From: Mobula hypostoma
Lineage: Eukaryota
Direction of reading: 5' to 3'
NCBI RefSeq assembly: GCF_963921235.1
Contig: NC_086108.1
Coordinates: 44,766,001-44,826,000, forward strand
Length of the DNA stretch: 60,000 nucleotides
Below the pieces are notes generated by a model. It was not told the DNA's origin. It did no database searches and saw only the letters and a list, made by a program, of their open reading frames with translations. Numbering within the stretch: the first letter of the stretch is position 1; every line of letters begins with the position of its first letter. Of this stretch, positions 12,221 to 24,143 are shown piece after piece. The translations under genes and the position numbers were made by a program.

Positions 12221-12408
12221 TAGCTTATCTAGTATTAACCAACTCCCTCAGGAACAGGTAAGGTACAAATTAGAGTGCATTAGCCTTTGCATTGTACTTG
12301 GGTAGAAACAAAATGTCTGATAAAAGACTAGCAGTGAAGCTACTGATTTGGAATTAAGGATGGATTTAACATACAAAGTAACGTTTGAGTGTCAGGATAC
12401 TCAGTTAC

Positions 12409-12608
12409 CTTGTAAATGATTTTGCCATTGAGCACCACGTACAGTCTCTCTGGCATGGCTCCATATTTAGCACAAGTCATATTATCCATAGAGTCAACTA
12501 CAATTGGACAGGGAGGCTCCTCTTTTAGCAAGATCCTTGCTGCATTGATACGATCATTTAATGTTTGATGTTTTTTAATATCCACATTGTTCTTGAATGC
12601 CCAGACAT
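12409..12608 (-). CDS. DIO1: DIO1 copy A exon 3 (200 nt)
   Basis: tttcag|AT GTC TGG ... TAC AAG|gtaact; [24 protein letters not shown]...[10 protein letters not shown]...YGAMPERLY. Confidence 0.96.
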
Positions 12609-14253
12609 CTGAAACAAACAAGTAATAAAATGAAGTAATCAATATAAAGGACCTCACAAAAATTGTCATTTTTGTTTGGAGATAAAAACTGAGATGATTT
12701 ATAATGAAACATTTGCAAAGATGCTAAATAAATGATTGAAAAGCCAAGGGTATAATTAAGTAAGGTAAAAGATAAAACAGGCAGTAATAATAGTGAGATA
12801 ACACAAAACTTGGTTTTACATTTCCACCAGTTAAAGATGTGAGTGAAATCTATAACTAAGAAAGATAATTGTGGTTACAAATCTTTTTTTCTAACACTTG
12901 AACTAAAGTACAACAGCCATACCTCAGAGCAGTGTCCCCAGCCCAACCATCTTCAACTGCTTCACCTATGACCTCCTTTCTATGATATGGTTAATGGAGA
13001 TGATTGCTGGCAACTGTACGATATTCAATTCCATTTACAACTTCTGTAAATAAAGTAGTTCAGATCTTCATGCAGCAGGACCTGGACAATGTGCAGGTAT
13101 GAGTTGATAAGTAGCATTTAACAGTCACACCAAAGTAGCAAGCAATCACCATCTCTATTTGGGAGAATTCAACCATCTACCCTTGACATTTAATGCAATC
13201 ACTGTTGCAGGGTTCCACACCATCAACCTTCAAGGGGGACTGACTAAAAACTTAGTTTTTAAGATAAAGTGTGGCTCGAGGAGCAGCTCAGAGACAGGGG
13301 ATCTGAGATGCCAAAGCTTCTAAACATCTGCAATGCTCAAATCAAAAGAGCAATGAGATTATCTGTTTTGATGCAAGCTCAGTATCATCCAGGACAAAGC
13401 AAACCACTTAGCTGACATACTACTGGTACCAAAATAGCAGTACAGTGCCATCTGCAGTTACTTGCCTAATCTAACCTGAAAGCAGCTCCAAAACATATGA
13501 CCTCTACCACCAAGCTTGACAAGAGTAGCAAGCATATTGAGGACACCACCTGTACGTTCCCCTTTAGGTCACATATCCTACCTTGGCAGTATATTGAAAA
13601 AAAGTCATTTTCAGTATGTCTAAGTACCAGGAACCATGATCACTAGAATGGCTGGTTCAGGAAGCTGAATATTCTACATCCTGGCTGGCTGAATCATCTC
13701 CTGGTATAATAATTCCAACGCACAGGAATGCAAGAGGCTGCAGGAAGTACTGCCAGCACGAGAGCATCTCTCCCCACCACTGTAAGCATTTAAATGAAGA
13801 GCCACCTCAGAAGCAGCAACTTTCATCAAGGAATCCTCATCACCTGTAACTTGCTGTTACAGTCAAGCAGCAGATACAGAAGCCATCAGGTTCTTGAACC
13901 AATCTGCCAAAACCCTCATCCTACTTCAGCAAAACAGAATTCCTCTTGTACTACCATGGGCTTGCCACCGACTGTTTGTGTTTTCACTTTAATGTCTTAG
14001 ACAAAATTATGTACAACTTATGTCCTCTGAATCTATGTCTATGCTGCTGCTGCAAGCTTTTCACTGTTCTTGTACCTCACCATACCTGTGCATAGGACAA
14101 CAAACTTGACTTGACCACCACCAGCTTCCCAAGGGTAATTGGCGAGCATGGATGATGAGCAGCTTTGTGCATACCGAAGATACAGCTTTAAAATCGTATG
14201 TAAGAGCAGCAAATCACAGAAAAGGATTTCTTTCTCTGAGAATCTATTCATAC

Positions 14254-14397
14254 CTGTAGCATGCGCTTCTTCAATGTAGACAATAAGAAAATCAGCCACA
14301 GATTTGAAGTCTTTGACAAGATTTTTGAACTCATCAAAGCGGAAAAGAAACGGAGGTCAGGTGCAACTTCCAAAATTCAACACCAGTGGTCGATTAT
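14254..14397 (-). CDS. DIO1: DIO1 copy A exon 2 (144 nt) with selenocysteine TGA at 14359-14357 (Sec124)
   Basis: ccccag|AT AAT CGA ... ACA G|gtatga; [48 protein letters not shown], the deiodinase active-site signature. Confidence 0.97.
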
Positions 14398-14759
14398 CTG
14401 GGGGGAGGGTGGGAAAGTAAATCTATTTAAAAGAAAGCTCTGGACATACAATTTACAGTATAAATATTACCTGTCAAAGATCACATTGGATGGATATGAA
14501 AATAGTGCATAATGAGACTGTAACCAAAGAATTCAGAAACTTTTCATTTTTCAGAGATTTAGAACAATTGGGAAATACAACTGAAAAAAAATTATTCATC
14601 TTATACACAATGAATTACTTCGCTCTTTCACAGTTGGCACAGAAGTTATGAAAGAATAGGACAGAGAAAACAATCAAGGTTGTGGAGAATGCAGCTGAAA
14701 GTGGGATTAATTGGGACAGTTTTTAAATTGATATTTTTTAAAGCATCAATTTAGAGAGA

Positions 14760-15870
14760 AGAAAAAGTCTGCAGATGCTGAAAATCTGAGCAACACACAA
14801 AATGCTGGAGGAACTCAGCAGGCCAGGCAGCAGCTACAGGGAAAAAAAAGCACAGTCGACAGGACTGGGGGGAAAACGTTGAGCAGATTTGAAAGATGGG
14901 GGAAGGAAGAGAGAAGTGCCAGGCGATAGGTGAAACCTGGAGGGGGAGGGATGAAGCACAGAGCTAGGAAGTTGATTGGTGAAAGAGACAGAAGACCCTG
15001 GAAGAGAAGGGGGGGGGAAGCACCAGAGTGAGGATATGGGTGAGCGTGGAGCTAACATGAGAGGGCAAAAAAGGCGATGGCAAATTCTGGAGGGGGCAGG
15101 GAAGAGGCATTACTGGAAATTTGAGAAATCGATAGTCATGCCATCAGGTTGGAGGCTATTCTAATGGAATTTAAGGTTTTGTTCCTCCAACCCAAGTGTG
15201 GCCTTATCCAAACAATGGAGGAGGCCACGGATGGACATATTGGAATGGGTAGTGGAATTAAAATGGGTGGCCGCTGGGAGACCCTGCTTGTTCTGGTGGA
15301 CGGAGCGTAGATGCTCGGTGAAAGCGGTCTCCCAGTCTACGTCCGGTCTCTCTGATATACAAGAGGCCACACCGAGAGCACCGAACACAGTAAATGACCC
15401 CAACAGACCCACAGGTGAAGTGTTGACTCACCTGGAAGGACTGTTTGGGGCCCTGAATGGTAGTGAGGGAGGAAGTGTAGGGGCAGGTGTAGCACTTGTT
15501 CTGCTTGCAAGGATAAGTACCAGGAGGGAGATCAGCAGGGAGGGACGAATGAACAAGGGAGTTGCGTAGGTAGTGATCTCGGCGGAAAGCAGAAAGTGAA
15601 AGTATGGGGGGGGTGGGGAAGAGAGAAGAAGGAAAGAAAGAGGGAGGAGGCAGTAGTTTCGGAGAATTATGCAACACTCACAACACGCTGGGGGAACTCA
15701 GCAGGTCAGGCAACATCCGTGGAAATGATCAGTCAACGTTTCGGGCCGGTCCTGACAAAGGGTTCCGGCCCAAAACGTTGACTGATCGTTTCCATGGATG
15801 CTGCCCGACCTGCTGAGTTCCCCCAGCGTGTTATGAGTGTTGCTTTGACCCCAGCATCTGCAGAGTATTT
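14760..15870 (-). mobile_element. Penelope-like element remnant (GIY-YIG endonuclease fragment) with inverted terminal repeat segments
   Basis: ORF 15258-15677 VIYCVRCSRCGLLYIRETGRRLGDRF; ~170-bp inverted repeat at 15670-15843. Confidence 0.75.
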
Positions 15871-16869
15871 TGTTGCTACACATTCTATGGGCCAATTCAA
15901 CCTCCATGTAAAAAAAAACACGATTGGTCGAAGGAGGAATCTCAAGTACAACGTTTATCTTATTTAAACTTAAAGCCATTTTATATAACCTAACACGACA
16001 AAGTAACAAAACATGGTCCATTTTTAAGTGAAGATACTACCCATTTCTTTGTTCTCCTTCGACCCTGTAATTGTCCAAAATATACAATGTTTCCAATTCC
16101 TATTTCAATCGCTCAAACATTGATGGATCTATGTTCAGCTGCCTAAACTCTGGAACTACCACTTTGAAATTCTCCCTCACTTTCCTGCTCCAAGACATTC
16201 TCTACAACTAAATGCTAATGTGGCTGCCTCAGATTTTGTTTGATCGTGCTCATTTTTAGTGCCTGAAAGGCACTCGAAATAGAAGTTTTTGTTTTTTTTT
16301 AATGTATAGAATGCTCCATTGCCCAAAGCTAGCGAAATGTAGCTTGGTTATATCTATTCTATCGTTATGGGAGGAATTGCTCAAATTACTTAAGGCAGCG
16401 GTTGCGGACGTGATGAACATGACTTTTGTTGCATAAAAATACGCTGAATAAATACGGCGTTTATTTTGGTAAATCTCACACAAGACCAAACACGAACATG
16501 GAATGCTGCGCCCTTTGGTAGAGCTATGTAGGACAATAAAGCCTTAAAGTAATTTAACTTTCTTAAAACCAATGCCCCAAATTACGTTGTTTTTTGTTTG
16601 TCCCATTGATACGCTTTTGAACGTTTGTCTACATATAAACGAGCTGTTATCAGAAAGTTCAGCTTCATATATTTGACATTTGGCCACCAACAAGATGCAG
16701 TTTAGTTTTGAGCTTAGGTGTTTCGAATCTAAGCCTGCCTTCAGGAAAGAATTACGTTACATTTAAAATATATATTACAGAGATCAAATGTACTTGTTGA
16801 GCTGAAAATACGCGAACACATTACTGTTTTCACAAGCCCCGAACGTTATTACGTGTAACTCACACAGAC

Positions 16870-17200
16870 CCCTCGAGAAATCAAGCACTCGATGTTCTTT
16901 GTTGTCGAAGTCAATAACTCGTGTATTGGGAGCAAAGGCACCCTCGAAAGCTTCATCTCCAATATTTATCAATAGCTTTTTGGCTACCGCTTTCACGGTG
17001 CTGAGACTGAAAAATGTTGGTCCCCAGTCTTCGTATTTGAATTTTGGATTTTGAGTCATGAATGTTTTCAATCCAGATTTCAGCATGACTTTCTTCACAG
17101 TTTCAGGAAAGAGAAGCAGCATAAATTTACCAACTAATGCTTGCAAGCAAAAAAATATTAGCAAGCCCAAACTCTTTACGTACACCACTAATTTCCCCAT
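16870..17200 (-). CDS. DIO1: DIO1 copy A exon 1 coding part (331 nt)
   Basis: MGKLVVYVKSLGLLIFF.. hydrophobic N-terminus, MTQNPKFKYEDWGPTFFS, APN; donor AGG G|gtctgt; the four exons total 741 nt = 246 aa + stop. Confidence 0.95.
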
Positions 17201-17252
17201 CTCTGCAAAAAGCTAGCTGCTCCAATGGACACAAAAGCTAGCAGCGCCAGTA

Positions 17253-17285
17253 TTTATACTTACGTAAAATATGACCCTTTGACCC
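17253..17285 (-). promoter_or_regulatory. DIO1: DIO1 proximal promoter: TATAAA (17258-17253), TTACGTAA (17260-17267), GGGTCAaaGGGTCA direct repeat (17285-17272)
   Basis: Motifs read directly 53-85 nt upstream of the ATG; function inferred. Confidence 0.6.
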
Positions 17286-17419
17286 TGGCAGGGCGTAAGC
17301 ATTAGAGATCTAAAACAATTTATTGAAGATCAATGAAAAAAAATAGTAGAATATAGGATAAAACGACTTCATTATAAGTAAGTTTTAAAAAGTAGAGCCC
17401 AAACAAAGCCAGCTATTTT

Positions 17420-17720
17420 GTCTTTTGCACTTTGCCGCGGTGCAGGAGCATTGTTCAGGTGTATAAGTGGGGAATTATCTGTCGGCATATTAAAGTCTGT
17501 GGTGAGTGAGTTGAGTGACAATGCCTTTAAGAAGGAGTTGACGCTGACGCGTCACTGCGGCCTAAGCTCAGCTCAGATTCGACCAGTACTGCGTGGTGGC
17601 CGGACCTACTCCGGCTCGGCCCCTGGATTCAGACAGTGAATACAAATACGGTCGCTGTCAGGAGGGGATTGTCTGTGAACTTCTGCCGCGGTGAGGGAGG
17701 CCCGCGCCCTGTCTCCATGG
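17420..17720 (+). promoter_or_regulatory. YIPF1: CpG-enriched segment, probable YIPF1 promoter/first non-coding exon (candidate donor GCG|gtgagg at 17690)
   Basis: Locally high CpG, palindrome TGACGCGTCA at 17545-17554, head-to-head with DIO1 as in human. Confidence 0.45.
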
Positions 17721-19894
17721 CAAAGGAAAGGGGTGGATTCTTCATGTGACCCTGTAGGTTTCCTCCTGGTTCTTTGGTTTTCTCTCACACATCCCACCAC
17801 TGTCACATGCCCCTAGTGTGTAGGTGAGAGGTGTAATCTCTGGGGCAGTTGCTAGGTACAGAATTTGAGATACAAGGTGCATAACGGATGGTACAGATTT
17901 AGTCGGCTGAAGGACCTGTTTTGGTGTTCTGTGACTCCCCCCACCCCCCAACCTACCACCAGCACCACCACCACTCATGTTTTTAAGTAACTCCTTTTTT
18001 TTGCAGTTTTTTGTAGTGTAGTTATGTGATATTTAATACAGAGGCAAATTATAAGTAATTCAAATAATGAAATTGTTTAGCTTGTTGATAAATGCACAGA
18101 TGAATTGAAGCCCTCTGATGAAGCTAGGTTAACACCTCTTTAGACAGAATCAGAATTAGTTTTAATATCACTGACATATATCGTGAAATTTGTTTTGCAG
18201 CAGCAGAACAGTGCAATACTTAAAAATACTATGTTACATAGAAAACCTACAGCACAATACAGGCCCTTCAGCCCGCAATGCTGTGCCGAACATGTACTTT
18301 CTTTAGAAATTACCTATGATTACCCATAGCACATTACAGTGAGAAAGATATTAAAATTAATTAAGTAGTGCAAAAATAGTGAGGCAGTGTTCATGAATTG
18401 GCTCATTGCCTTTCAGAAATCTATTACAATCCATTATCAGAACTATGGTGGAATGGATATGAAGTAAATTGTTAGTGCCTATCACAATTATTTTTGTATT
18501 GTCCCTGGCCCATTTTATTAATTTAGTGATGAATTTAGCACAGTTAGTTTGCAACAATAATGACCATTTGTAGAGCTTTAACATAAATAAAAATACCAGC
18601 AACATTAAGAGTATTCAGATGGTTAATAATACTTTTATAATCTTTCATTCATCTGTGTTTTAATGTAGAGTTTGATGATGCTACAAACCTATTGGCAGCA
18701 AATCCTGATGCCACAACAATAAGCATCACGGATCCTAATGATAAGCCTAAAAATCAGAGAGGTCCATCAGATGAACTGGGAAAAGATGAAGATAAAGATT
18801 TGTTGGAGAATGAAGACTGACAAGGCAGAGGTGAGTAATTTTTGTAGTAGTAATTGAACACTAAGGTCAATATCTTATGTACCCCGAAATATATAATTAT
18901 TTTAATAATGTGCAAAATTTTTAAAAATGGGTTGAAAAGAATATTGTCAAATAACCCCATTTTTATCATTATTAATCACCTTCAGTCCGCCTTAAAATTA
19001 AAACCTTCCATAAAATCTCTTATTGGAAATGCATCTAGTTGTCCTTTTTTGTATTGTTACACCACAAGTGAATGTGGTTCTTGTTTCTGTTTGTGAATAT
19101 AATATAGGCAAATTAAGGGTGGATTATAATATTGATTGCTTTTAAATGAAATTTTAATTGAGTTATTGCATCATCCCTGCTACGTAGCAACTTTGCTATT
19201 TCTTAATGAATTTTATTTCTATTTTGTAAAGCAAAACTATCCACATTTAGAATATTGATCAAGTTTTGTGGTTAATATTTGTTGTTTTCTTTAGTTGCTT
19301 GCAGGACAAAAGAAAAGTGCTCCTTTTTGGACTTTTGAATATTATCAAACATTTTTTGATGTTGACACCTTCCAGGTAGGGACAGAATTAAATTTCTTTA
19401 CCATCTTTGATTACTATATAATAACGAAACAGCAAGGTTTAATAATATTATTTAATATTTTCTTACCTTATCTTCATCTTGTCATTGTGGGTATTGATTT
19501 ACATCATGTTTTGATTGTGGCTGATATCAATTTACTGGTATCGATGCGCACAACCCCTTCTTCCCAAATGACCATTCCTTTTATGTGATCATAACAGTGA
19601 ATGGCAACAAAATTCTGCACGATCACAGAGCCTGATCCTGTTTTATCTCTTGTAGGCATACATTAATGTTCAAATAATCAACGATTAGGTAATGTAATCC
19701 AAGCCTGTTTGTTTTTCCAATCTTGCACAAACTACTATATTCAAATTTGGTATCCCTGTTGCCTTTGTGCAGGAAATCATCTATCTCAGCAGTTACCTGG
19801 GGTTTTTTTTAACTTGCTAAGAAATTAATTAGGAAGTTGAAAATTCTGACATAGCACAATAATTAAACTCAAATTTTTCCTTTCTGCATTGTAG

Positions 19895-20044
<150 letters not shown>

Positions 20045-20321
20045 TGAATATGAAATGTCCTTTTTTCCCCCTTTCATATTAACCCTCGGCAGCCACTTTA
20101 TTAGGTATTTCCTGTACCTATTAAACTGGCTACACAGTGTGTGTTCTGTAGCCCTCTGCTACTGTAACCCATCCACTTCAAGGTTCGACATGCGCATTTA
20201 GAAATGCTCTTTTGCATACCATTGTTGTAACGTGTGGTTATTTGAGTTACTGTCATCTTCCTGTCAGCTTGAACTGTCTGGCCATTTTCCTCTGACCTCT
20301 CTCGTTAACGAAGTGTTTTAG

Positions 20322-23300
20322 CAAAAGAGAGGGCGTACAAGAAAGCCAGAGCTCGTCGGAAGATAGAGGATTGGGGAGCTTTTAAAAACTCAAAGAAGGA
20401 AACTAAGAAGGTCATTCGGAAGGAAAAGATGAATTATGAGAGGAAGTTGGTGACTAATATCAAAGAAGATACTGAAAGCTTTTTTAAGTATCTAAAGGGT
20501 AAAGAGAGTCGAGGGTAGATACAGGTTTCCCCCGCCATCCGAAGGTAGAGCGTTCCTATGAAACAGTTCGTACTCCGAAATGTCGTAAAGCGAAGAAGCA
20601 ATTACCATTTATTTATATGGGGAAATTTTGAGAGCATTCGCAAACCCAAAAATAACTGACCAAATCATGACAAATAACACATGACACCTAAAATAACAGT
20701 AACATATAGTAAAAGCAGGAATGATATGATAAATATACAGCCTATATAAAGTAGAAATACTTCTCTACAACGATTGCCTGCTCAGATCTCCGTAGCGAAA
20801 ATCTCACGCAAGCGCTGTTGGCATAAACGCGCTCTCCAGTAACCTTTAAGCTACGAAGCTGTCAAATCTACCAAATAACACGTAAAAATACACAGCCTAT
20901 ATAAAGTAGAAATAATGTATGTACAGTGCAGTATCACTTACTGGAATTGGGAAAACAGCACCGAGCACACTGATGATGGTGTATTAGACTGAGTCGTCGC
21001 AGGTTGGGTGGTGCGGTGGCCCCCACTCTCCGGGCCACCGACCCGATACATTGCCGCGAAGAACGCAGCAGTAGCCGGGACCACACAGCACATCTTTAAG
21101 AAAAAAGCCGAAATAAACATGCTAATTAATTAGGCGCCGCCGACACATAATTGTCGGCCCAGATCAGAGGCGATGCAATCGGAAATCGGCACTGATCTGG
21201 GCCGACAATTACGTGTCGGCGGCACCTAATTAATTAGCTTGTTTATTTCGGCTTTTTTCTTAAAGATGTGCTGTGTGCCTCCCGGCTACCGTTGCATTCT
21301 CCACGAATCGGTATTTGTCTGGGGCCCGGGGGTTAGGGTGGTGGGACACGGGAGGTGTCATCTCATCGTCGATCAGGGCAGGCAGCTCACCTTCTCCTAT
21401 GACTGCCCGCCTTGATGTCGAAGGTTGAGGTTCGTCGTCTGCTGTGGCTGATGTGGAAGGCTTGCTTGACTGCTGAGCCTCGCGCATTTTTCTATCATAC
21501 AGTTGTTTGTAAGGACTCAAACCATCCTGCAAATATCCCCTAAACCTACGTACCCTTTCAAAATTAAAGTCGTACTTTATCATTGCAGCGAAAATCTCAC
21601 ATCGTTACTTCATGTTCATTTCGCTACTGCATTCGGTTTCGATTGTTATCCTTTCCTCTTCCAATTGCATCAGCTCTTCATCTATCAGATTTTGGTCATG
21701 GGATGCCAAAACCTCTTCAACATCATGTTCGTCAGCTTCCACAAGCCAAACTCACTTTGTCTTTACTTCGTTCACCACGATTGAAACGCTTAATTATGTC
21801 TAGTTTTATGCTAAGTGTAACACCCTTACTCTTTCAGGCTTTTCCGACACCTTAGAACTCATCTTGCAAACGGCTGCTCACAGGCACGTGTTAAAGCAAT
21901 GCCGTTCCAAATCCAGGGCAGAGCGGCTGCTTGGGGCGCATGTTGCCTTTTATCGCGCACTGATTTTTTCGCGCGCTGATTTTTTTATCACGTGCTGCCT
22001 TTCTTCGTAACAGTGAAAACCCCTTCTGAAAGCGAAAACAGGGTACTAATGTAGGTCTTTCGTAACAGTGGGGTTTCGTAAAGCGAACTTTTGAAAAGCA
22101 GGGGACACCTGTATAGGACCAATACAAAATGATGCTGGAGATATTGTAATGAGAGATGCAGAGGTGGCAGAGGAACTGTATGAGTATCTTGCATCAATCT
22201 TCACCATGGAAGATGTCTGCCGTATACCGGACATTCAAGAATGTCAGGGAAGTGAAGTTTGTGCAGTGAAAATTACGACTGAGAAGATGCTCAGGAAGCT
22301 TAATGGTCTGAGGGTGGATAAATCTCCTGGGACCTGATGGAATGCACCCTCGGGTTCTGAAGGAAGTAGCTGGAGAGATTGTGGAGACATCTGCGATAAT
22401 CTTTCAAGAAGCGATATATTCTGGCATTGTACCAGATGACTGGAAAATTGCAAATGTTACTCCACTATTTAAGAAGAGTGGGAGGCAGTAGAAAGGAAAC
22501 TATAGACATGTTAGCCTGATGTTAGTGGCTGGGAAGTGTTGGAATCCTTTGTTAGGAATGAGATTACGCTGGAACACATGACAAGATAGGCTAAAGCCAG
22601 CATGGTTTCCTGAAAGGAAAATCCTGCCTGACAAACCTACTGCAATTCTTTGAGGAAATTACAAGCAGGGTAGACAAAGGAGATGCAGTAGAAGTGGTGT
22701 ACTTGGATTTTCAGAAGGCCCTTGACAAGGTGCCGCACATGAGGCTGCTTAGCAAGATGAGAGCCCATGAAATTACAGGGAAGTTACTAGTGTGGGTGGA
22801 GCATTGGCTGATTGGCAGAAAACAGAGAATAGGAATAAAGGGATCCTATTCTAGCTGGTTGCTGGTTACCAGTGGGGTTCTACGGTGGTCTGTGTTGGGA
22901 CCGCTGCTTTTTAGGATGTACGTCAATGATTTGGACTATGGGATCAATGGATTTGTGGCTAATTTTGCCAATGATACAAAGATAGGTGGAGGACTGGGTA
23001 GTGTTGAGGAAACAGAGAGCCTGCAGAGAGATTTAGATAGTTCAGTGTAATGGGCAAAGAAGTGGCAAATGAAATACAATGTTGGAAAGTGTATGGTCAT
23101 GCACATTGGTGGAAGAAATAAACGGGCAGACTATTACTTATATGGGGAGAGAATTCAAAATGCAGAGATGCAAAAGGACTTCAGAGTCCTTGTGCAAGAT
23201 ACCCTAAAGGTTAACCTCTAGATTGAGACAGTTGTGAAGAAGGCGAATATAATGTTGGCATTCATTTCTAGAGGTGTAGAATATAGTAGCAGGGATGTGA

Positions 23301-23880
23301 CGTTGAGGCTCTATAAGGCATTTGTGAGACCACACTTGGAGTTTTGGGCTCCTTATTTTAGAAAGGATATACTGACATTGGAGAGGGTTCAGAGAACATT
23401 CATGAGAATGATTCCAGAAATGAAAGTGTTACTGTTTGAGGAACGTCTGGCAGCTCTTGGGCTGTATTCACCTGGAGTTCAGGAGAATGAGGGGAAATCT
23501 CATAGAAAAGTTCCAAATGTTAAAAGGCTTAAACAGATTAGATATGGCAAAGTTATTTTGTATGGTAGGGGATTCCAGGACAAGAGGGCACGACTTCAGA
23601 ATTGAAGGACATCCTTTTAGAACTGAGATGCGGAGAAATTACTTTAGTCAGTGGGTGGTATATCTGTGGAATTTGTTGCCACGAGTGGCTGTGGAGGCCA
23701 AGTCATTGGGTGTATTTAAGGCAGAGATGGATAGGTTCTTGATTAGCCAGGGCATCAAAGAGTATGGGGTGAAAGCAGGGGAGTGGGGATGACTGAAAGA
23801 AATAGATCAACCCGTGATTGAATAGCAGAGCAGTCTCGATGGGCCGAATGACCTACTTCTGTTCCTATATCTTATGGTCT
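20322..23880 (+). mobile_element. CR1 LINE (degenerate RT and 3' end) interrupted by a Tigger-like element
   Basis: ORFs 22694-23050, 23234-23605, 23436-23792; host is continuous across gtagaTA|TAggacc. Confidence 0.85.
20522..22111 (-). mobile_element. Non-autonomous Tigger/pogo-like element with TA target duplication and a long internal palindrome
   Basis: Termini CAGGTTTCCCCCGC / GCAGGGGACACCTG, TA on both sides; transposase-like C-terminal remnant 21260-21583. Confidence 0.75.
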
Positions 23881-24143
23881 ACAGAACTGCTGCTCACTGG
23901 ATGTTGTTTGATTTCTTTTGCACCAGTCTCTGTAAATTCTAGAGACTGTTGTACATGGAAGTCCCAGACCATCAGTTTCTGAGATTCCCAAACCACCCTG
24001 CCTGGCACCAACAATCATTTCACGGTCAAAGTCACTTAAATCACATTTCTTCCCCAATCTAATGTTTGGTCAGAACAAATGAACTTGTCAACTACATTTG
24101 CATGCTTTTTTCCATTGAGTTGCAAGTTAATACCTTTAATATA

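Larger units (their letters stand above)
1157..13982 (+). repeat. Visible part of tandem duplication unit A (homologous to 46837-60000)
   Basis: Colinear, near-identical sequence at offsets of about 45680-46018, including unique exon and intron sequence. Confidence 0.97.
20090..24130 (-). mobile_element. Tc1-like DNA transposon remnant split by a CR1 insertion
   Basis: ORF 23872-24057 MGKKCDLSDFDREMIVGARQGGLGISET resembles a Tc1 transposase N-terminus; cagccactttattaggta terminal motif at 20090. Confidence 0.6.

Noticed and set aside
14357..14359. TGA as evidence that DIO1 is a pseudogene
   Set aside because: It is the canonical Sec position in the SCTUP motif
12340..17200. ORF-track extensions of DIO1 exons (e.g. 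MTIFVRSF..., ...GLCELHV)
   Set aside because: Read-through into introns past clear splice sites
18060..18480. Candidates for the YIPF1 ATG-containing exon
   Set aside because: No segment gave a convincing MAxxDDLxF-type translation with splice sites; lost or unrecognised
18818..18820. In-frame TGA in YIPF1 as a possible selenocysteine
   Set aside because: Produced by a 2-nt deletion; the downstream frame is shifted and other lesions exist
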